This document shows positions 37,023-48,750 of a stretch of 55,605 bases of DNA, in pieces. The DNA comes from Armatimonadota bacterium (lineage in GTDB: Bacteria > Armatimonadota > UBA10988), in assembly GCA_016235455.1 (NCBI GenBank), contig JACRKZ010000119.1, positions 1 to 55,605 of the forward strand, written 5' to 3'. The number at the start of each line of letters is the position of its first letter. Positions within the stretch are counted from its first letter, which is position 1. A program made the position numbers and the translations under genes. Below the pieces are notes generated by a model that had not been told where the DNA came from, ran no database searches, and worked only from the letters and a program-made list of their open reading frames with translations.

Positions 37023-39332
37023 CTACTTGACCTCCACCACCTCCACCGCCAGCGGCGCCAGCTTGCCCACCAGCCGGCCACCGCGCACCTCCAGCGTCGG
37101 CGCTTGCCCGGGCAGCAGCTCGGCCAGACCCGTGGCAGCCACCAACGGCAGGTCGACCGGCTGCTCGGCCGTCGTCGGGTTGGCCAGGCAGGCCACGCGC
37201 CGGCCACCTTGCGTCCAAACCGCCGCGCGCACCTTGGCGTCCGCGCTGCTCAGGTCGGTGCGCTGGCCTTCCAGCAACCAGGGCTGCAGCCGCCTGATCT
37301 CGGCGGGCAGCGCCTTCATGGCCGCCCATAGCGCGGGGTTGGCGCGCATGTCGAAGTCCTGATCGCGGTAGGTGTAGTAGACCAGCCCCTTGGCGCCGGC
37401 GATGAGCGCCAGGTAGGTCAGGGCACGTTCCTCATCGGGCTTTGGCACGCGCCAGGTGTTGGGCTTGGCGTACCCGAACGCCTGCGGGATGGCCCAAATG
37501 GGCCGGCCCAGCGGTGTGGCCGCGCGCACCGCCGCGGCGATCATCTCGTACTCCTGGTCTAGGTCGGCGCCGCCGGTGTGGATGGGATAGGGATCCGGCG
37601 CGATGACCTCAGCCATGGCCGCATACCGTGGGTAAGCGGTCGGCACGCAGAGCGTCATGTAGGTCGGCACCGTGGCGTCGGCGTCCTTGATGCGGTTGTG
37701 CCGGGCCAGCATCTCCTCGGGCGCCACGCCCTGGCCGTCCGGCTCATCGCCGGGGTTCCAGGCCAGCACGGCGCGGTGCCCGCGGTAGCGCTCGATGGAC
37801 TTGGTCATGTCCACGCCGAACTCGGTGATGACTTTCACGCCGAGCCGGTCTGCCTCGTCCAACAGCGGCTGCCATTCGTCGAGGCCCTTCTGGCTCGCGT
37901 GCAGCGTGTTGTAGCCCGCAGCCGCGATCTCGCGCAGGCAGGCCAGCCGGTCCTCGGCCGGGAACGGCCACGACACATGGTAGAAGCCCATGGGGAAGAA
38001 CGGCTTGCCGTCGACCAGGGTGACCAGGTCGCCGGGCCGGACATAGACGCGCGGCGTCGGGTGTACGGTGAACCGCCGCTCGACCGAGGCCAGCACGTCG
38101 GCACCATGACGCAGCGCCATGACCAGCGTGTGCGGCCCGAGCTCCAGCTTGCCCACCGTGGCAACGCCGGCGCCCGTCTCGGGCAGCGGCAGCGGCCGTT
38201 CGGCGCCACCGTCCACACGCAGGCCAAGCCGCGGCGCGTCGCCGGGCAGGTCGTTGGGCGGCGCGGCCGAGACGGTGTAAGCCACGCTGTCTTGCCAGGG
38301 GTAGAGGTGGCGCTCGCGCAGGTCGAAGTTCAGCATGGCCGGCACATGCTGCACGAATTCGTAGTCGACCGGGTCGCCAGCGCCGGCGCTGATGGACAGC
38401 GTGACGCGCGTGTCGCCCCGCTGGCTGACGCGGTACGGAAGCACCACGTCCAGCGTCGCGCCGGGCGCGATGGCCGCGTCCTTGGTCGAGGTGACCGGCG
38501 CTTTGGCCTCCGGCTCAAGCACCGACAGGCTGACGCGGTAGGTCAGCGCCTGGGTGGTGTCGTTGGCCAACACCGCGTGGGCGGCATGCTGCCCGGGCCG
38601 TGGACCGCCAACGCTGGCGTCGGACAGCGACACACCACGCCGCCGCGCCTGACAGTGCAGCCAGCTGTTGGCCACCAGCGGCGATGCGGCCGCCTGGCCG
38701 TCGGCGCCCTTGAGCGAGAAGTGGCTGGTGACGACCACGGAGCCGCGGCCCAGGTCCTGCATGGCCAGCACGACGCCCTTGTCGCGCTCGGTCATCAGCG
38801 GTCGCCAGGCCGGGGCCAGGCCGGTGAGGTGCGCCCAGATGGTGGCGCGGTCGCCCAGAATCTGGCCCAGGTTGACCGGCGCCGTGAGGACCGAGCCGGC
38901 ACCCGGCACGGGGATGCCACCCGGCGCGCGGTCCTTGGGGCAGGGCTCGCTGCGGAGAGCGAAGGTCGGTCCCAGCCGGCCGAGCCATTTGTCGAGTACG
39001 GAGTCATAGCTGGCATCCGTGATCAGCAGCAGCCCACCCCGCTCGACGAACCGTCGCCAGGCGTCCGCGTGCGGCGCCATGTCGACCGTGTGCTCGTAGT
39101 TGGCCACGCTGGCTGCGACGACGATGTCGAACTCGTCCAGCCGGGCCACGAGGTCGGCGGTCTTCGTGTTCTCGAAGCCCTCGAACCGCCAGCCGAGCGC
39201 CTTGAGCGGCGCGTCCCATTCCTCGCGGAAGGCGTAGTCGCCCCAGGAGGAGTAGACGACGGCGACTCTGCGGGGTGGCTCATTGCCCGCGCCGATGGTC
39301 AACAGCGCCAGCATGGTCAGGACAGCACCCAT
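37023..39332 (-). CDS. Secreted multidomain protein: GATase-like N-terminus, Ig-like domains and a GH-like TIM barrel
   Basis: Signal peptide; FVERGGLLL; [38 protein letters not shown]. Confidence 0.65.
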   Translation of the reverse strand: MGAVLTMLALLTIGAGNEPPRRVAVVYSSWGDYAFREEWDAPLKALGWRFEGFENTKTADLVARLDEFDIVVAASVANYEHTVDMAPHADAWRRFVERGGLLLITDASYDSVLDKWLGRLGPTFALRSEPCPKDRAPGGIPVPGAGSVLTAPVNLGQILGDRATIWAHLTGLAPAWRPLMTERDKGVVLAMQDLGRGSVVVTSHFSLKGADGQAAASPLVANSWLHCQARRRGVSLSDASVGGPRPGQHAAHAVLANDTTQALTYRVSLSVLEPEAKAPVTSTKDAAIAPGATLDVVLPYRVSQRGDTRVTLSISAGAGDPVDYEFVQHVPAMLNFDLRERHLYPWQDSVAYTVSAAPPNDLPGDAPRLGLRVDGGAERPLPLPETGAGVATVGKLELGPHTLVMALRHGADVLASVERRFTVHPTPRVYVRPGDLVTLVDGKPFFPMGFYHVSWPFPAEDRLACLREIAAAGYNTLHASQKGLDEWQPLLDEADRLGVKVITEFGVDMTKSIERYRGHRAVLAWNPGDEPDGQGVAPEEMLARHNRIKDADATVPTYMTLCVPTAYPRYAAMAEVIAPDPYPIHTGGADLDQEYEMIAAAVRAATPLGRPIWAIPQAFGYAKPNTWRVPKPDEERALTYLALIAGAKGLVYYTYRDQDFDMRANPALWAAMKALPAEIRRLQPWLLEGQRTDLSSADAKVRAAVWTQGGRRVACLANPTTAEQPVDLPLVAATGLAELLPGQAPTLEVRGGRLVGKLAPLAVEVVEVK

Positions 39333-39406
39333 GGTCTCGATTCTCCCGCGCCCCAGCCGGATGCCAGGGCTGTTCGGCGCAGGTGGCGTTGGCCCTTCCG
39401 CTGCCG

Positions 39407-39435
39407 TTGACCGGCCCGGCCCGACGGGCTACAGT
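39407..39435 (+). promoter_or_regulatory. Putative promoter of a leaderless Uma2 transcript
   Basis: TTGACC-N17-TACAGT, 6 nt before ATG 39442, no SD. Confidence 0.55.
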
Positions 39436-39441
39436 CAAGTC

Positions 39442-40164
39442 ATGAGCGACCTGCTGAGCGCCGGAGCCTGGGTCACGCCAGAGGAGTACCTGGCCTTCGA
39501 GATGTCGGCCGAGACCAAGCACGAGTACGTCGCGGGTCGCATCTACGACCGGGCCGAGTGCGACGCCAACCACAACCGCATCGCGGGGAACCTTCTCGCC
39601 CTGCTCTGGGCGCATCTGCGCGGCACACCTTGTGACGTCCTCGGGTCCGACATGCGATTGCGCGCGCAGTCGACCGTCTACTACTACCCCGACGTCATGG
39701 TCTGCTGCGATCCCACGGACGACGCGCCGACCCACCGCTGCCGACCGCGCTACGTGTTCGAGATCGTCTCGGCCGACACCCGGCGTACCGACGAACGTGA
39801 GAAGGCCTTCGCCTACTACCTGATGGCCAGCGTCGAAGCCTACATCCTCATCGAGCAGGACCGCTGCCACGCGACCATCCAGCACCGGACCGCCGACGAT
39901 GAGTGGTGGCAGACCGAGTCGCTCGACGGACCCCAGGCCGTGCTCCGCCTCGACGGCTTCGGTTGGTCCGTGCCGCTGGCGCTGCTCTATGAGCGGACCG
40001 AAGTGGCCACCTGGCCCGCCGGCGTCTCGATCACCAGCCCCCAGCCCACCGCGCTCGGCCGCCGCGCCGGCAGGTCCACCACCGTCGCCCCGTCCACACG
40101 GCGCCAGGCCAACGGCCCTTCGTGGCCCAGGAGCCGCACGACCGAGCCGTCGGCCGGCTGCTGA
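39442..40164 (+). CDS. Uma2 family (DUF820) PD-(D/E)XK endonuclease-like protein
   Basis: TPEEYL..E...KHEYVAG, HNRI..NL, YYPDVMV, EIVS..T...D..EK..Y. Confidence 0.9.
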   Translation: MSDLLSAGAWVTPEEYLAFEMSAETKHEYVAGRIYDRAECDANHNRIAGNLLALLWAHLRGTPCDVLGSDMRLRAQSTVYYYPDVMVCCDPTDDAPTHRCRPRYVFEIVSADTRRTDEREKAFAYYLMASVEAYILIEQDRCHATIQHRTADDEWWQTESLDGPQAVLRLDGFGWSVPLALLYERTEVATWPAGVSITSPQPTALGRRAGRSTTVAPSTRRQANGPSWPRSRTTEPSAGC

Positions 40165-41393
40165 CCGCGTAGCGTCACCTGGGCCAGCGGCTGCTCGATG
40201 TCCATGACCAGCGCGTAGACCCGGCCGTCGCGCTGGGTATAGCAGGTCTGCTCCTCGCGATAAGGAGCGATGGGCCGCGAACTGTAGATGGCCTCGCCGT
40301 TGATCCCTAGCCAGGCGCCGATCTCGAGCAGGCGGCTGGTCGCCACGTCGTCGATGGTGCCTTCGGGCGTCGGCCCAACACCCAGCAGCAGGTTGCCGCC
40401 CTTGGCCACCACATCCACCAGCAGGCGGATGGTCTGGGCGGCGGGCGGGTAGACCATCCGGCCCGGGCAGTACTTCCAGTGGTCGCTGAGCGTGATGCAC
40501 GACTCCCAGGGGAAGTCGAGCGGCACGTCGGGCACCGTCTGCTCGGGGGTGATCAGGTTCTCGTGCTCGCCGCCGACAGTGCGGTCGGCGATGATCAGGC
40601 CGGGCTGTGCGGCGCGCGACTCCGCCGCCAGCCGGTCCATGTCGATGTCCTGCAACGGAGGCCGGACCTGGCCGCCATCAAGCCAGAGGATGTCGATGGG
40701 CCCGTAGCCGGTCATCAGTTCGCCCACCTGGGCGTGGACATACTCGACGAACTGCCGCCAGACCGCAGGCTCCGCCAGCGTGTCGTAGTTGGGATTGCGG
40801 TCGACCACCGGCCGGTCGGGCCGCCAGTAGGCCGGCTGATGCCAATCGGACTTGGAGAAGTAGCAGCTGATGGCCATCTGCCGCGCCCGGAACGCATCGA
40901 ACACCTCGCGGATGATGTCCGCGCGCGGGTGCGCCGCGAACGGACAACTCGGATGCGTGACGCGGTAGTCGGTGGTGCGCGTATCCCACAAGCAGAACCC
41001 GTCGTGGTGCTTGGTGGTCATGCACACGTAGCGGAAGCCAGCCGCGCTGGCCAGATCAGCCCACGCCGCGGCATCGAAGCCGACCGGGTTGAAGGTCCGG
41101 TTGAGGGCGCGATAGGCCTCGCTAAAGCGCGCCAGATCGCGACCATGCTCATTCCAGCAGCGCAGATCATCGGGCCGCGCCCAGCTATCCTCGGGCACCA
41201 ACGGCCAGGACTCGCAGCAGTCCCACTGGCTGTAGATGCCAAAGTGCAGGATCAGCCCGAACTTGAGATCCCCGAACCACTCCAGCCGGTCGCGCAACCA
41301 TTGGGGATAGGCGGCCAGCCGAGCGGCGGCGTCCGACGCCGCGGCCTCCGGGCTGCTGTGGGCGATGATGTCCTGGCGGTCGGCCGTGCTCAT
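39987..41393 (-). CDS. GH29 alpha-L-fucosidase (no obvious signal peptide)
   Basis: [53 protein letters not shown]. Confidence 0.92.
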   Translation of the reverse strand: MSTADRQDIIAHSSPEAAASDAAARLAAYPQWLRDRLEWFGDLKFGLILHFGIYSQWDCCESWPLVPEDSWARPDDLRCWNEHGRDLARFSEAYRALNRTFNPVGFDAAAWADLASAAGFRYVCMTTKHHDGFCLWDTRTTDYRVTHPSCPFAAHPRADIIREVFDAFRARQMAISCYFSKSDWHQPAYWRPDRPVVDRNPNYDTLAEPAVWRQFVEYVHAQVGELMTGYGPIDILWLDGGQVRPPLQDIDMDRLAAESRAAQPGLIIADRTVGGEHENLITPEQTVPDVPLDFPWESCITLSDHWKYCPGRMVYPPAAQTIRLLVDVVAKGGNLLLGVGPTPEGTIDDVATSRLLEIGAWLGINGEAIYSSRPIAPYREEQTCYTQRDGRVYALVMDIEQPLAQVTLRGQQPADGSVVRLLGHEGPLAWRRVDGATVVDLPARRPSAVGWGLVIETPAGQVATSVRS

Positions 41394-41409
41394 ACGGGAC
41401 TCCAGACGC

Positions 41410-43371
41410 CTACTTCATCTGCGGCAGAATGATGCCGCGCATGATCACCTTCTGGCAGGTCAGGAAGATGATCAACACCGGGATCGAGTTGACAATGAAC
41501 GTGGCCATGACCAGCCACGGCGTGGCGGCCAGGGTCTGGCTGAACTGGTAGGTCCAGACCGCGATGGTCCACATGGCGCGGTTCTGGCAGACGATGATGG
41601 CCCACTCCCAGCCGTTGTAGGCGGCGATGAAGGCGTGCAACATGCTCAGCGCCAGGATCGGCTTGACCAAGGGGATGCTGATCTTCCAGAAGACCATCCA
41701 CTCCGGCGCGCCGTCGATGCTGGCCGCCTCATACAGCTCCTTGGGCAGCGAGTCGAAGAAGCCCTTGAGCATGAAGATGGTCATGCCGTTGGCCGCGCCG
41801 GGCAGGACCAGCGCCGCGAACGTGTTGAGCAGGCCCAGGTCGCGCAGCAGCAGGAAGCCGGGGATGGCCGCCACCGCCGCGGGGAAGGCCATGGTCGCCA
41901 GGCAGAAGACGATGACCTTCTCGCCCGAGCGCAGCCGGAACCGGCTCAGCGCATAACCGGCCAGGGGGTTCACGGTCAGCGCGATGACGATGGCCAGGAA
42001 CACCAGCAAGATGGTGTTGCTCACCGCGCGGCCGCGGTGCAGCAGGTAGTCCAGCACCGTGGCGTAGTTGCCGGTCATGCGGTCGCGGGTGAAGGCCCAC
42101 TCGCGGTTGGCGAACGTGGCCAGCAGTGCTTCGCCAAACGGCACGCCGAGCTGTTCGATGGCGGTCAGGCTCAGGCCATAGGCGGCATTCACGCCGGCGA
42201 GGTCGCCGTGCCTGGCCAGGGCCAGCTTCTGGAAGGCAAGTTCGGGGATGGTGTCGCGCAGGCGCCATTCGGCCGACGGGATGCCCGCGTGCAGGTAGTC
42301 CATCCAGACCTTGGCCAGCGGGCCGTCGGGCACAAGCGCCGTCAGCCTGGCATCCTCGAACCGAGCCACCGGCCGCCAGGTTGGGTCCTGCCCGCCCATG
42401 ACGTTGTTGAAGTAGGCGGCGGTGCGGAACCGGGCAGCGACAAAGCGCGTGAAGGCCGCTTGCCGCTCGGGCGTAACGGTGATGCTCACGTGGCGCAGCG
42501 GCAGGCCGTTCTCGACGAACTTGCGCCACGCGGCGCGCAGCTTGGCGTCGGCCGTCGCCGGCACAGGCATGGGCAGCGTGCGCCACACGTCGCGCTTGTC
42601 GATGCCCAGTTCCTTGCCGGCGAACTCCTCCCACAGGTAGCGCACCGAGGCGGGCCGCAGGTAGCCGCAGTAGACGCCGGCGCCCTTGAGGAACGGCGTG
42701 AACTCGTTGTTGCGGTAGGCCTCACGGAAGGCCAGCAAGTCGGTGTAGCGCGTGTCCACCAGCGGCACGTAGCCGGCCTGGTCGATGGGCTCGCCGCTCC
42801 ATTCCGCCGCCGAGACCAGCGAGAAGTCCTCGACCGAGATCTGCCAGGCCTTGTTCACGCCCTCGAGTGTCTTGTAGCGTTTGCGCAGGAAGGGCGACAC
42901 GAACCGCGTGTCGTAGGCCAGGATAGCCTCGCGCGAGTCCCACTTCGCGGCGAACTCGGCGTAGTCCTTGGCCTGCGCGTCGATCCCGCGTCGCTTGTTC
43001 GGGTCGGCGAGCCGGGCCAGTTGCACAGCCGCCCAGGCGTCGCTGCTCTTGGAGTCGTCGCCGATGGCGGTCCAGATGGACCAGTCGTCGGGCACGCTCG
43101 GGAAGTAGGAGCGCATCTGCCGCACGGAGCCCCGGTGTGCCGGCGGGAAGAACGAGCAGACCGCACTCATCAGCCGGTCCTCGCGGGAGACGAGGTAGCG
43201 CGGCACGGGCGCGCGCCGTTCGTAGTCGAACGCGTTGGAGACCGAGCCGGTGAGCATGACCAGGAAGGGATAGACCATGGTCAGCCCGCCGAGCATCAGG
43301 GCGGTGTAGATGAACAGCGTCAGCGCGCGGCCCTTGAAGCACTTGCGGTCGGTGTAGTTGATGATCGGCAT
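41410..43371 (-). CDS. Carbohydrate ABC permease (MalG-like) with an extracytoplasmic insert of about 400 aa
   Basis: YPFLVML TM1; AGYALSRF; [17 protein letters not shown] loop. Confidence 0.9.
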   Translation of the reverse strand: MPIINYTDRKCFKGRALTLFIYTALMLGGLTMVYPFLVMLTGSVSNAFDYERRAPVPRYLVSREDRLMSAVCSFFPPAHRGSVRQMRSYFPSVPDDWSIWTAIGDDSKSSDAWAAVQLARLADPNKRRGIDAQAKDYAEFAAKWDSREAILAYDTRFVSPFLRKRYKTLEGVNKAWQISVEDFSLVSAAEWSGEPIDQAGYVPLVDTRYTDLLAFREAYRNNEFTPFLKGAGVYCGYLRPASVRYLWEEFAGKELGIDKRDVWRTLPMPVPATADAKLRAAWRKFVENGLPLRHVSITVTPERQAAFTRFVAARFRTAAYFNNVMGGQDPTWRPVARFEDARLTALVPDGPLAKVWMDYLHAGIPSAEWRLRDTIPELAFQKLALARHGDLAGVNAAYGLSLTAIEQLGVPFGEALLATFANREWAFTRDRMTGNYATVLDYLLHRGRAVSNTILLVFLAIVIALTVNPLAGYALSRFRLRSGEKVIVFCLATMAFPAAVAAIPGFLLLRDLGLLNTFAALVLPGAANGMTIFMLKGFFDSLPKELYEAASIDGAPEWMVFWKISIPLVKPILALSMLHAFIAAYNGWEWAIIVCQNRAMWTIAVWTYQFSQTLAATPWLVMATFIVNSIPVLIIFLTCQKVIMRGIILPQMK

Positions 43372-43372
43372 G

Positions 43373-46084
43373 TCAGTCTCCCTTCGCCTGACGGAAGTCG
43401 ACCCGCCGCAAGATGCGCAACTGCAGGTACGTGAAGCTGATCAGGATGCTGCCCAGGATCCAGGCGTAGCTGGTAGCCAGACTGAAGCGCAGGTTGACAT
43501 AGGCCTCCTGCCAGATGGCCATGCCCATGACCATGGTGGCCTTGCCCGGCCCGCCGAAGGTCAGCAGGAAGATGGCGCCCATGGACTGGAACGTGCCGAT
43601 GAACGTGCCGACGAAGTTGATCAGCACCAGCGGCAGGATGGTGGGCATCGTGATGCTCCAGATGCGCCGCAGGATGCCCGCACCGTCGATGCTGGCCGCC
43701 TCGTACAGCTCATCGGGCACCGACTTGAGCGCCGCCAGGTAGATCAAGCTGCCGATGCCCGCGCCAGCCCACACGCCGGGGATGATCACGCAGGCCATGA
43801 CCACATCGGGGTTGCCCAGCCAGTCGATGGGCGCGAACTTGAAGTGCGCCGCCCAGGCCTCCCAGCCCAGGTTGGTGCAGGCCGCCTGCACCCAGCCCGC
43901 GAGCCCACCCACCAGGCGGTTGAGCGTGCCCGTGGCGCTGGGCGAGTACATCTCCTTCCACATCAGCGTGACCACCAGACCGCTCGTCATCTGGGGCAGG
44001 AAGAAGAGCGTGCGGAAGAAGATCTTGAACCGCGGCACCTCGCTCAGCAGCAGCGCCAGCAGGATGGGCGTGAAGAAGGCCAGACCCAGGTTCCAGACGA
44101 CGAACCGGAAGGTGGTCAGCAGGTAGCCTCGGAAGTTCGGGTCGAGCGCGATGCTGATGAAGTTGTCCAGCCCCACGAACAGCGAGCGGCCGACGATCTT
44201 GTAGTCCTGGAAGGCCATGACCAGGCCACGGGCCAACGGGTAGTAGCCCCACAGGCCGATCGAGCAGAGCGCCGGCGCCAGCATGAGCCAGGGCAGCCAG
44301 CCGCGATAGACGCCGGCCGTGCTCTGCCGGCGCTTGAGCTGGTCGCGCAGGATGAGCACGGTGAAGAACATCATGAAGGCCGCGATGCACAGCGCCAGCA
44401 CCCGCGCGCGCGGCCGGTAGACGGCCAGGGCCGAGGCCGGCCGCTCGAACATGATGCCCGTGTTGGCATCGCGCTCCAGGCGCGCCAGTTCCTTCTTGTA
44501 GTCGAAGTTCTTGCCGCTGGGCCGCACGTTCAGGTCGATGACCTCGCGCTCGTAGAAGTCGCGGAACTGCAGCCACTTGCCCATGAACGGCTCGACCACT
44601 TCGAGTATCTTGCCGCTCTCGATGTCGCGCCACATGGCCAGGTTCTCGGGCGGCATCTCGCGAATGTAGTCGTCGAAGCCCAGCCGGTGCAGATCGCGCG
44701 GGTTGAGGAACTTGGCCTGGCCGGCAGCCACCTTGCGCCGCGTCACCTCGTCCGAGCCCTCGGGTGAGCAGATGCGGGTCATCACCTCCCAGACGATGTC
44801 GCGGTACTTCTTGCGTGCTGCCTCGGTGTTGCCGCCGCGGTGCAGCACATCCTTGCCGATCATGAAGAACGAGTTGGAAGCCTGGAGCACCGGCCGCTGC
44901 GCCGCGGTGCGACCGGGGAAGGGCAACATGCCCATGTCGCTCGGGTCGAGGCCCAGGTTCTCGAACTCGGTCATGTCGCCCGACCACAGCGGGTACATGG
45001 CCAGGTCGCGGCCCAGGCGCTTGACCGTATCGAGCAGGTCGGTGGTGGTGACACTGATGGAACCCTCGACCACCTGCTCGGGCGAGAAACGCACCGTGCG
45101 GCCCTCGAACGACACCTGTCCGGCCTTGGCCTGCTCTGGGGTCAGGCTGATCGGCTCGCCGCTGGCCGGGTCCTTGATCCACGGCTCCCAACGTAGCCGA
45201 TGGTGGAACTCGATGGCCGAGGTGCATTCCTCGCTGGCCACGTTGCAGCGCCAGGTGGGCACCACGTTCTGCAGGTCCTCGCGCGTGTCGGGCGCATGGA
45301 AGTCCGTGGCCTGCTCATTGAAGGTGTAGGTACGGCCGGTGGTCGGGCTCTTGCGGTCCTGGACCACGATGCTGGAGCCGGTGGTGGCTACCCACGGCGC
45401 AAAGGCCCAGCTCCGCGGCGCCAACTCCAGGCCGAACGTCTTCTTCTGTGGGTTATACAGCAGGCGCACCCAGCGGATGAACTCCTCATACGACCGCGGC
45501 GGATGGTTCGGGTCCAAGCCGGCCGCGCGCAGCAGCGTCTTGCTGTACAGGATGCCCACGTAGGTGCCGCCGCGGTTGGGCAGCGAGTAGGCCTTGCCGT
45601 CCACGGTGACCACCTGCCGGTAGAGCGGCTTGATATCCTTCCAGCCGGGCCATTTGGCCTCGTCCAGGTCGATCTGGCCGTTCTTGTCGGGCTTGCCGTC
45701 GGCCGTCATTTTGGGCTTGCCGTCAGCCAGCACCCCGTCCTCGCCGATCCACTCGGTGAGCGGATAGGCCAGGCCCTGGCTGACCGCCTGGCGGATGTCG
45801 GTCTCAAAGATATCGGGTCCGATGTTGGCCGCCATGGCCATGGCCAGGCTGGCTCGCGAGGCCGCCGCCGGCATGGACACACCGTCCCACTGGGTCAGGT
45901 GAATGCTGGGATTGGCCGCGAAATAGTCACGCAGATTCTGCGGCAGCCGCTGCTGCGTGTTGAAGCGCGAGGTGACCGAAATGGTGAACTCGGGCGACTG
46001 GCACCAGCCCGCGACCGCACAGCACAGCAGCAACGTCAGTAGTCGGAAAGAACGTGGCGTCATGGCCTGGCCATTCGCCGGCAT
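43373..46084 (-). CDS. Fused extracellular solute-binding protein and MalF-like ABC permease
   Basis: Signal peptide, [21 protein letters not shown] motifs; FVGLDNF and [21 protein letters not shown]. Confidence 0.9.
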   Translation of the reverse strand: MPANGQAMTPRSFRLLTLLLCCAVAGWCQSPEFTISVTSRFNTQQRLPQNLRDYFAANPSIHLTQWDGVSMPAAASRASLAMAMAANIGPDIFETDIRQAVSQGLAYPLTEWIGEDGVLADGKPKMTADGKPDKNGQIDLDEAKWPGWKDIKPLYRQVVTVDGKAYSLPNRGGTYVGILYSKTLLRAAGLDPNHPPRSYEEFIRWVRLLYNPQKKTFGLELAPRSWAFAPWVATTGSSIVVQDRKSPTTGRTYTFNEQATDFHAPDTREDLQNVVPTWRCNVASEECTSAIEFHHRLRWEPWIKDPASGEPISLTPEQAKAGQVSFEGRTVRFSPEQVVEGSISVTTTDLLDTVKRLGRDLAMYPLWSGDMTEFENLGLDPSDMGMLPFPGRTAAQRPVLQASNSFFMIGKDVLHRGGNTEAARKKYRDIVWEVMTRICSPEGSDEVTRRKVAAGQAKFLNPRDLHRLGFDDYIREMPPENLAMWRDIESGKILEVVEPFMGKWLQFRDFYEREVIDLNVRPSGKNFDYKKELARLERDANTGIMFERPASALAVYRPRARVLALCIAAFMMFFTVLILRDQLKRRQSTAGVYRGWLPWLMLAPALCSIGLWGYYPLARGLVMAFQDYKIVGRSLFVGLDNFISIALDPNFRGYLLTTFRFVVWNLGLAFFTPILLALLLSEVPRFKIFFRTLFFLPQMTSGLVVTLMWKEMYSPSATGTLNRLVGGLAGWVQAACTNLGWEAWAAHFKFAPIDWLGNPDVVMACVIIPGVWAGAGIGSLIYLAALKSVPDELYEAASIDGAGILRRIWSITMPTILPLVLINFVGTFIGTFQSMGAIFLLTFGGPGKATMVMGMAIWQEAYVNLRFSLATSYAWILGSILISFTYLQLRILRRVDFRQAKGD

Positions 46085-46182
46085 GGCATCGATACCTTCG
46101 CCGAACTCGGAAGGAGTTCGCGCGCGCGAGGAGTACGGTCCCAGCGACCCGTCGCGGTGAGCGGTCGGTGGGAGGCGAAGAG

Positions 46183-47103
46183 ATGAAACTGGGCTTTGTG
46201 AGCGCGATCCTAGCCGATCTGGCGCTCGACGATGTGCTGCGGGTAGCCGCCGATGAGGGCTACGACTGTGTCGAGGTCATGGCCTGGCCCAAGGGCAAGG
46301 CCGAGCGGCGCTATGCCGGCGTGACGCACATCGATGTGGCCACGTTGACCCCCAACGAAGCCGACCGCATCAACGATCTGTGCGACGACCTCGGGGTCTG
46401 CCTCAGCGGGCTAGGCTACTACGTCAATCCGCTCTCGCCCGACCCCGACGAGTCGGCCACCTGCGTCGAACACCTCGGCCGCGTCATCGACGGCGCCCAA
46501 ATGCTCGGTCTGAGTGTGGTCAACACCTTCATCGGCCGCGACCAGCACAAGAGTGTGGACGACAACTGGCCGCGCCTGCTGGAAGTCTGGAAACCCTTGG
46601 TGGCCCGCGCCGAGTCGAAGGGCGTTCGGCTGGCCATCGAGAACTGCCCGATGGCCTTCACCAACGACGAATGGCCCGGCGGCAAGAACATCGCCACCAC
46701 CCCGGCCATCTGGCGCCGGCTGTTCGCGAGCCTGCCCTCGGACTACCTCGGCCTCAACTTCGACCCGTCGCACTTCGTCTGGCAGCAGATGGACTATTTG
46801 AAACCGCTACGTGAGTTCAGCGCTAAACTGTTCCACGTTCACGCCAAGGACTGCCGCGTTGAGCGCCACCGGCTGGACGATGTGGGCATCATGGTCAACC
46901 CGTTGGCCTTCCACACGCCCAAGCTGCCCGGTCTGGGCGAAGTCGACTGGAGCCGCTTCTTCAGCGAACTGAGCGATAGCGGATTCGACGGCGCGGTCTG
47001 CGTGGAAGTCGAAGACCGAGCCTACGAAGGCACGCTGCAGACGCGCGTGCAAGCGCTACGGCAGTCGGCCGGCTACCTGCGCGGGTACCTGGCGCGAGCT
47101 TGA
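46183..47103 (+). CDS. Sugar phosphate isomerase/epimerase (xylose-isomerase-like TIM barrel)
   Basis: [37 protein letters not shown]. Confidence 0.9.
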   Translation: MKLGFVSAILADLALDDVLRVAADEGYDCVEVMAWPKGKAERRYAGVTHIDVATLTPNEADRINDLCDDLGVCLSGLGYYVNPLSPDPDESATCVEHLGRVIDGAQMLGLSVVNTFIGRDQHKSVDDNWPRLLEVWKPLVARAESKGVRLAIENCPMAFTNDEWPGGKNIATTPAIWRRLFASLPSDYLGLNFDPSHFVWQQMDYLKPLREFSAKLFHVHAKDCRVERHRLDDVGIMVNPLAFHTPKLPGLGEVDWSRFFSELSDSGFDGAVCVEVEDRAYEGTLQTRVQALRQSAGYLRGYLARA

Positions 47104-47117
47104 TGGGAGACGACCTG

Positions 47118-47798
47118 ATGAACCCGACCGTGGGCGAACTGGCCAAGATGATTGACCATTCGCTGCTGAACCCCGTGATGACCGATGCCGAACTCGAGGC
47201 TGGTTGCCAAATCGCGCTGGACTACGACGTGGCCAGCGTCTGCATCAAGCCCTACTACCTGGCCCGCTGCGCCGAACTGCTGGCTGGCAGCACCGTGGCG
47301 CCCAGCACCACCATCGGCTTCCCGCATGGTGGTCACACCGTGGCCATCAAGGTGGCCGAAGCCAACCAGGCCCTGGCCGACGGCGGTACCGAACTGGATA
47401 TGGTCGTCAACATCGGCAAGGTGCTGTCGGGCGACTGGGGCTATGTGCAGGCCGACATCGCCGCGGTGACCGAGGTCGCCCACGCCGGTGGCGCCATCGT
47501 CAAGGTCATCTTCGAGAACTGCTACCTGACCGACCCGCAGAAGATCCGCCTGTGCGAGATCTGCGGCGAGGTGGGCGCCGACTTCGTCAAGACCTCCTCG
47601 GGCTATGGCACCGGCGGGGCCACAATCGCCGACCTCCAGCTCATGCGCGCCCACGCGCCGGCGCGGGTGCGGGTCAAGGCGGCCGGCGGCGTGCGCACGC
47701 TCGACGGCCTGCTGGAGGTGCGCGCCGCGGGCGCCACGCGCTGCGGCGCCACGCGCACGATCGAGATGCTGACCGAAGCCAAGGCCCGCTTCGGCTGA
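47118..47798 (+). CDS. deoC: Deoxyribose-phosphate aldolase
   Basis: IDHSLL, IGFPHG, ELDMVVN, KVIFE, FVKTSSG, VKAAGGVR; alternative ATG at 47103. Confidence 0.93.
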   Translation: MNPTVGELAKMIDHSLLNPVMTDAELEAGCQIALDYDVASVCIKPYYLARCAELLAGSTVAPSTTIGFPHGGHTVAIKVAEANQALADGGTELDMVVNIGKVLSGDWGYVQADIAAVTEVAHAGGAIVKVIFENCYLTDPQKIRLCEICGEVGADFVKTSSGYGTGGATIADLQLMRAHAPARVRVKAAGGVRTLDGLLEVRAAGATRCGATRTIEMLTEAKARFG

Positions 47799-47841
47799 GC
47801 GTCCTTAGGGTGCCAACTTCGTTGGGATAGAGGAGTACACC

Positions 47842-48732
47842 ATGGAACAAGCCATTCGCATCGGCACGCTGGTCAACGGCGGCGCCGGCACAGCCAACTA
47901 CATCAAGCAGATCCTGCCGTACGGCTTCGAGTCGTTCTCAATCACCTTCTGGCAGACGCTGGGCGAAACCGACCTGGAGCGCCTGGCCGGCGAGGTCGGC
48001 GACGTGCTGGCCGGCAGCGGCGCGGTCATCTCGTCGCTGGGCGTGTTCGGCAATCCGCTGGAGAACCGCGAGATCGACGACAAGACGCGCGACGGCTGGG
48101 CCAAGTTGATCGACGCCTGCTCGCTGTTTGGCTGCGACATCGTCGCGGGCTTCGCGGGCCGGCTGATCGACAAACCCATCTCGGACTCCATGGGCCGCTT
48201 CGCCGAAGTGTTTGGCGGCCTCACCAAGCATGCCGCTGACAAGGGCGTACGCATCGCCTTTGAGAACTGCGACATGGGCGGCACCTGGCAGAGGGGCGAC
48301 TGGAACATCGCGCACAACCCCACCGCCTGGGAGATGATGTTCAACGCCGTGCCGGCGGACAACATCGGCCTCGAGTGGGAGCCCTGCCACCAGATGGTCA
48401 GCCTGATCGACCCCATGCCGCAGTTGCGCGCCTGGGCCAAGAAGATCTTCCACGTCCACGGCAAGGACGCCACGGTTCTGTGGGATGTGGTCAAGCAGCA
48501 CGGCGTCGATGGTCCGCACCCCTTCGCCTTCCATCGCACGCCCGGCTTCGGCGACAGTAACTGGACCGACATCATCTCCGACCTGCGCCGCGCGGGATTC
48601 GTGGGCAGCATCGACATCGAAGGCTGGCACGACCCGGTCTACCGTGGCGACCTGGAGATGACCGGTCAGGTGGCCGGCCTGCAGTACCTCAAGCGCTGCC
48701 GCGGCGGCGATCTGGTGCCCAACCCCGCGTAG
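47842..48732 (+). CDS. Sugar phosphate isomerase/epimerase (TIM barrel), paralog of 46183-47103
   Basis: IAFENC, LEWEPCH, HVHGKD, PGFGDSNW, IDIE; GAGGAG RBS. Confidence 0.9.
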   Translation: MEQAIRIGTLVNGGAGTANYIKQILPYGFESFSITFWQTLGETDLERLAGEVGDVLAGSGAVISSLGVFGNPLENREIDDKTRDGWAKLIDACSLFGCDIVAGFAGRLIDKPISDSMGRFAEVFGGLTKHAADKGVRIAFENCDMGGTWQRGDWNIAHNPTAWEMMFNAVPADNIGLEWEPCHQMVSLIDPMPQLRAWAKKIFHVHGKDATVLWDVVKQHGVDGPHPFAFHRTPGFGDSNWTDIISDLRRAGFVGSIDIEGWHDPVYRGDLEMTGQVAGLQYLKRCRGGDLVPNPA

Positions 48733-48750
48733 GCGCCAAACCTCTCCTGA

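Noticed and set aside
39442-40164. Defence island or mobile element around Uma2
   Set aside because: Solitary Uma2 genes are common; no methylase, integrase, terminal repeats or obvious composition shift
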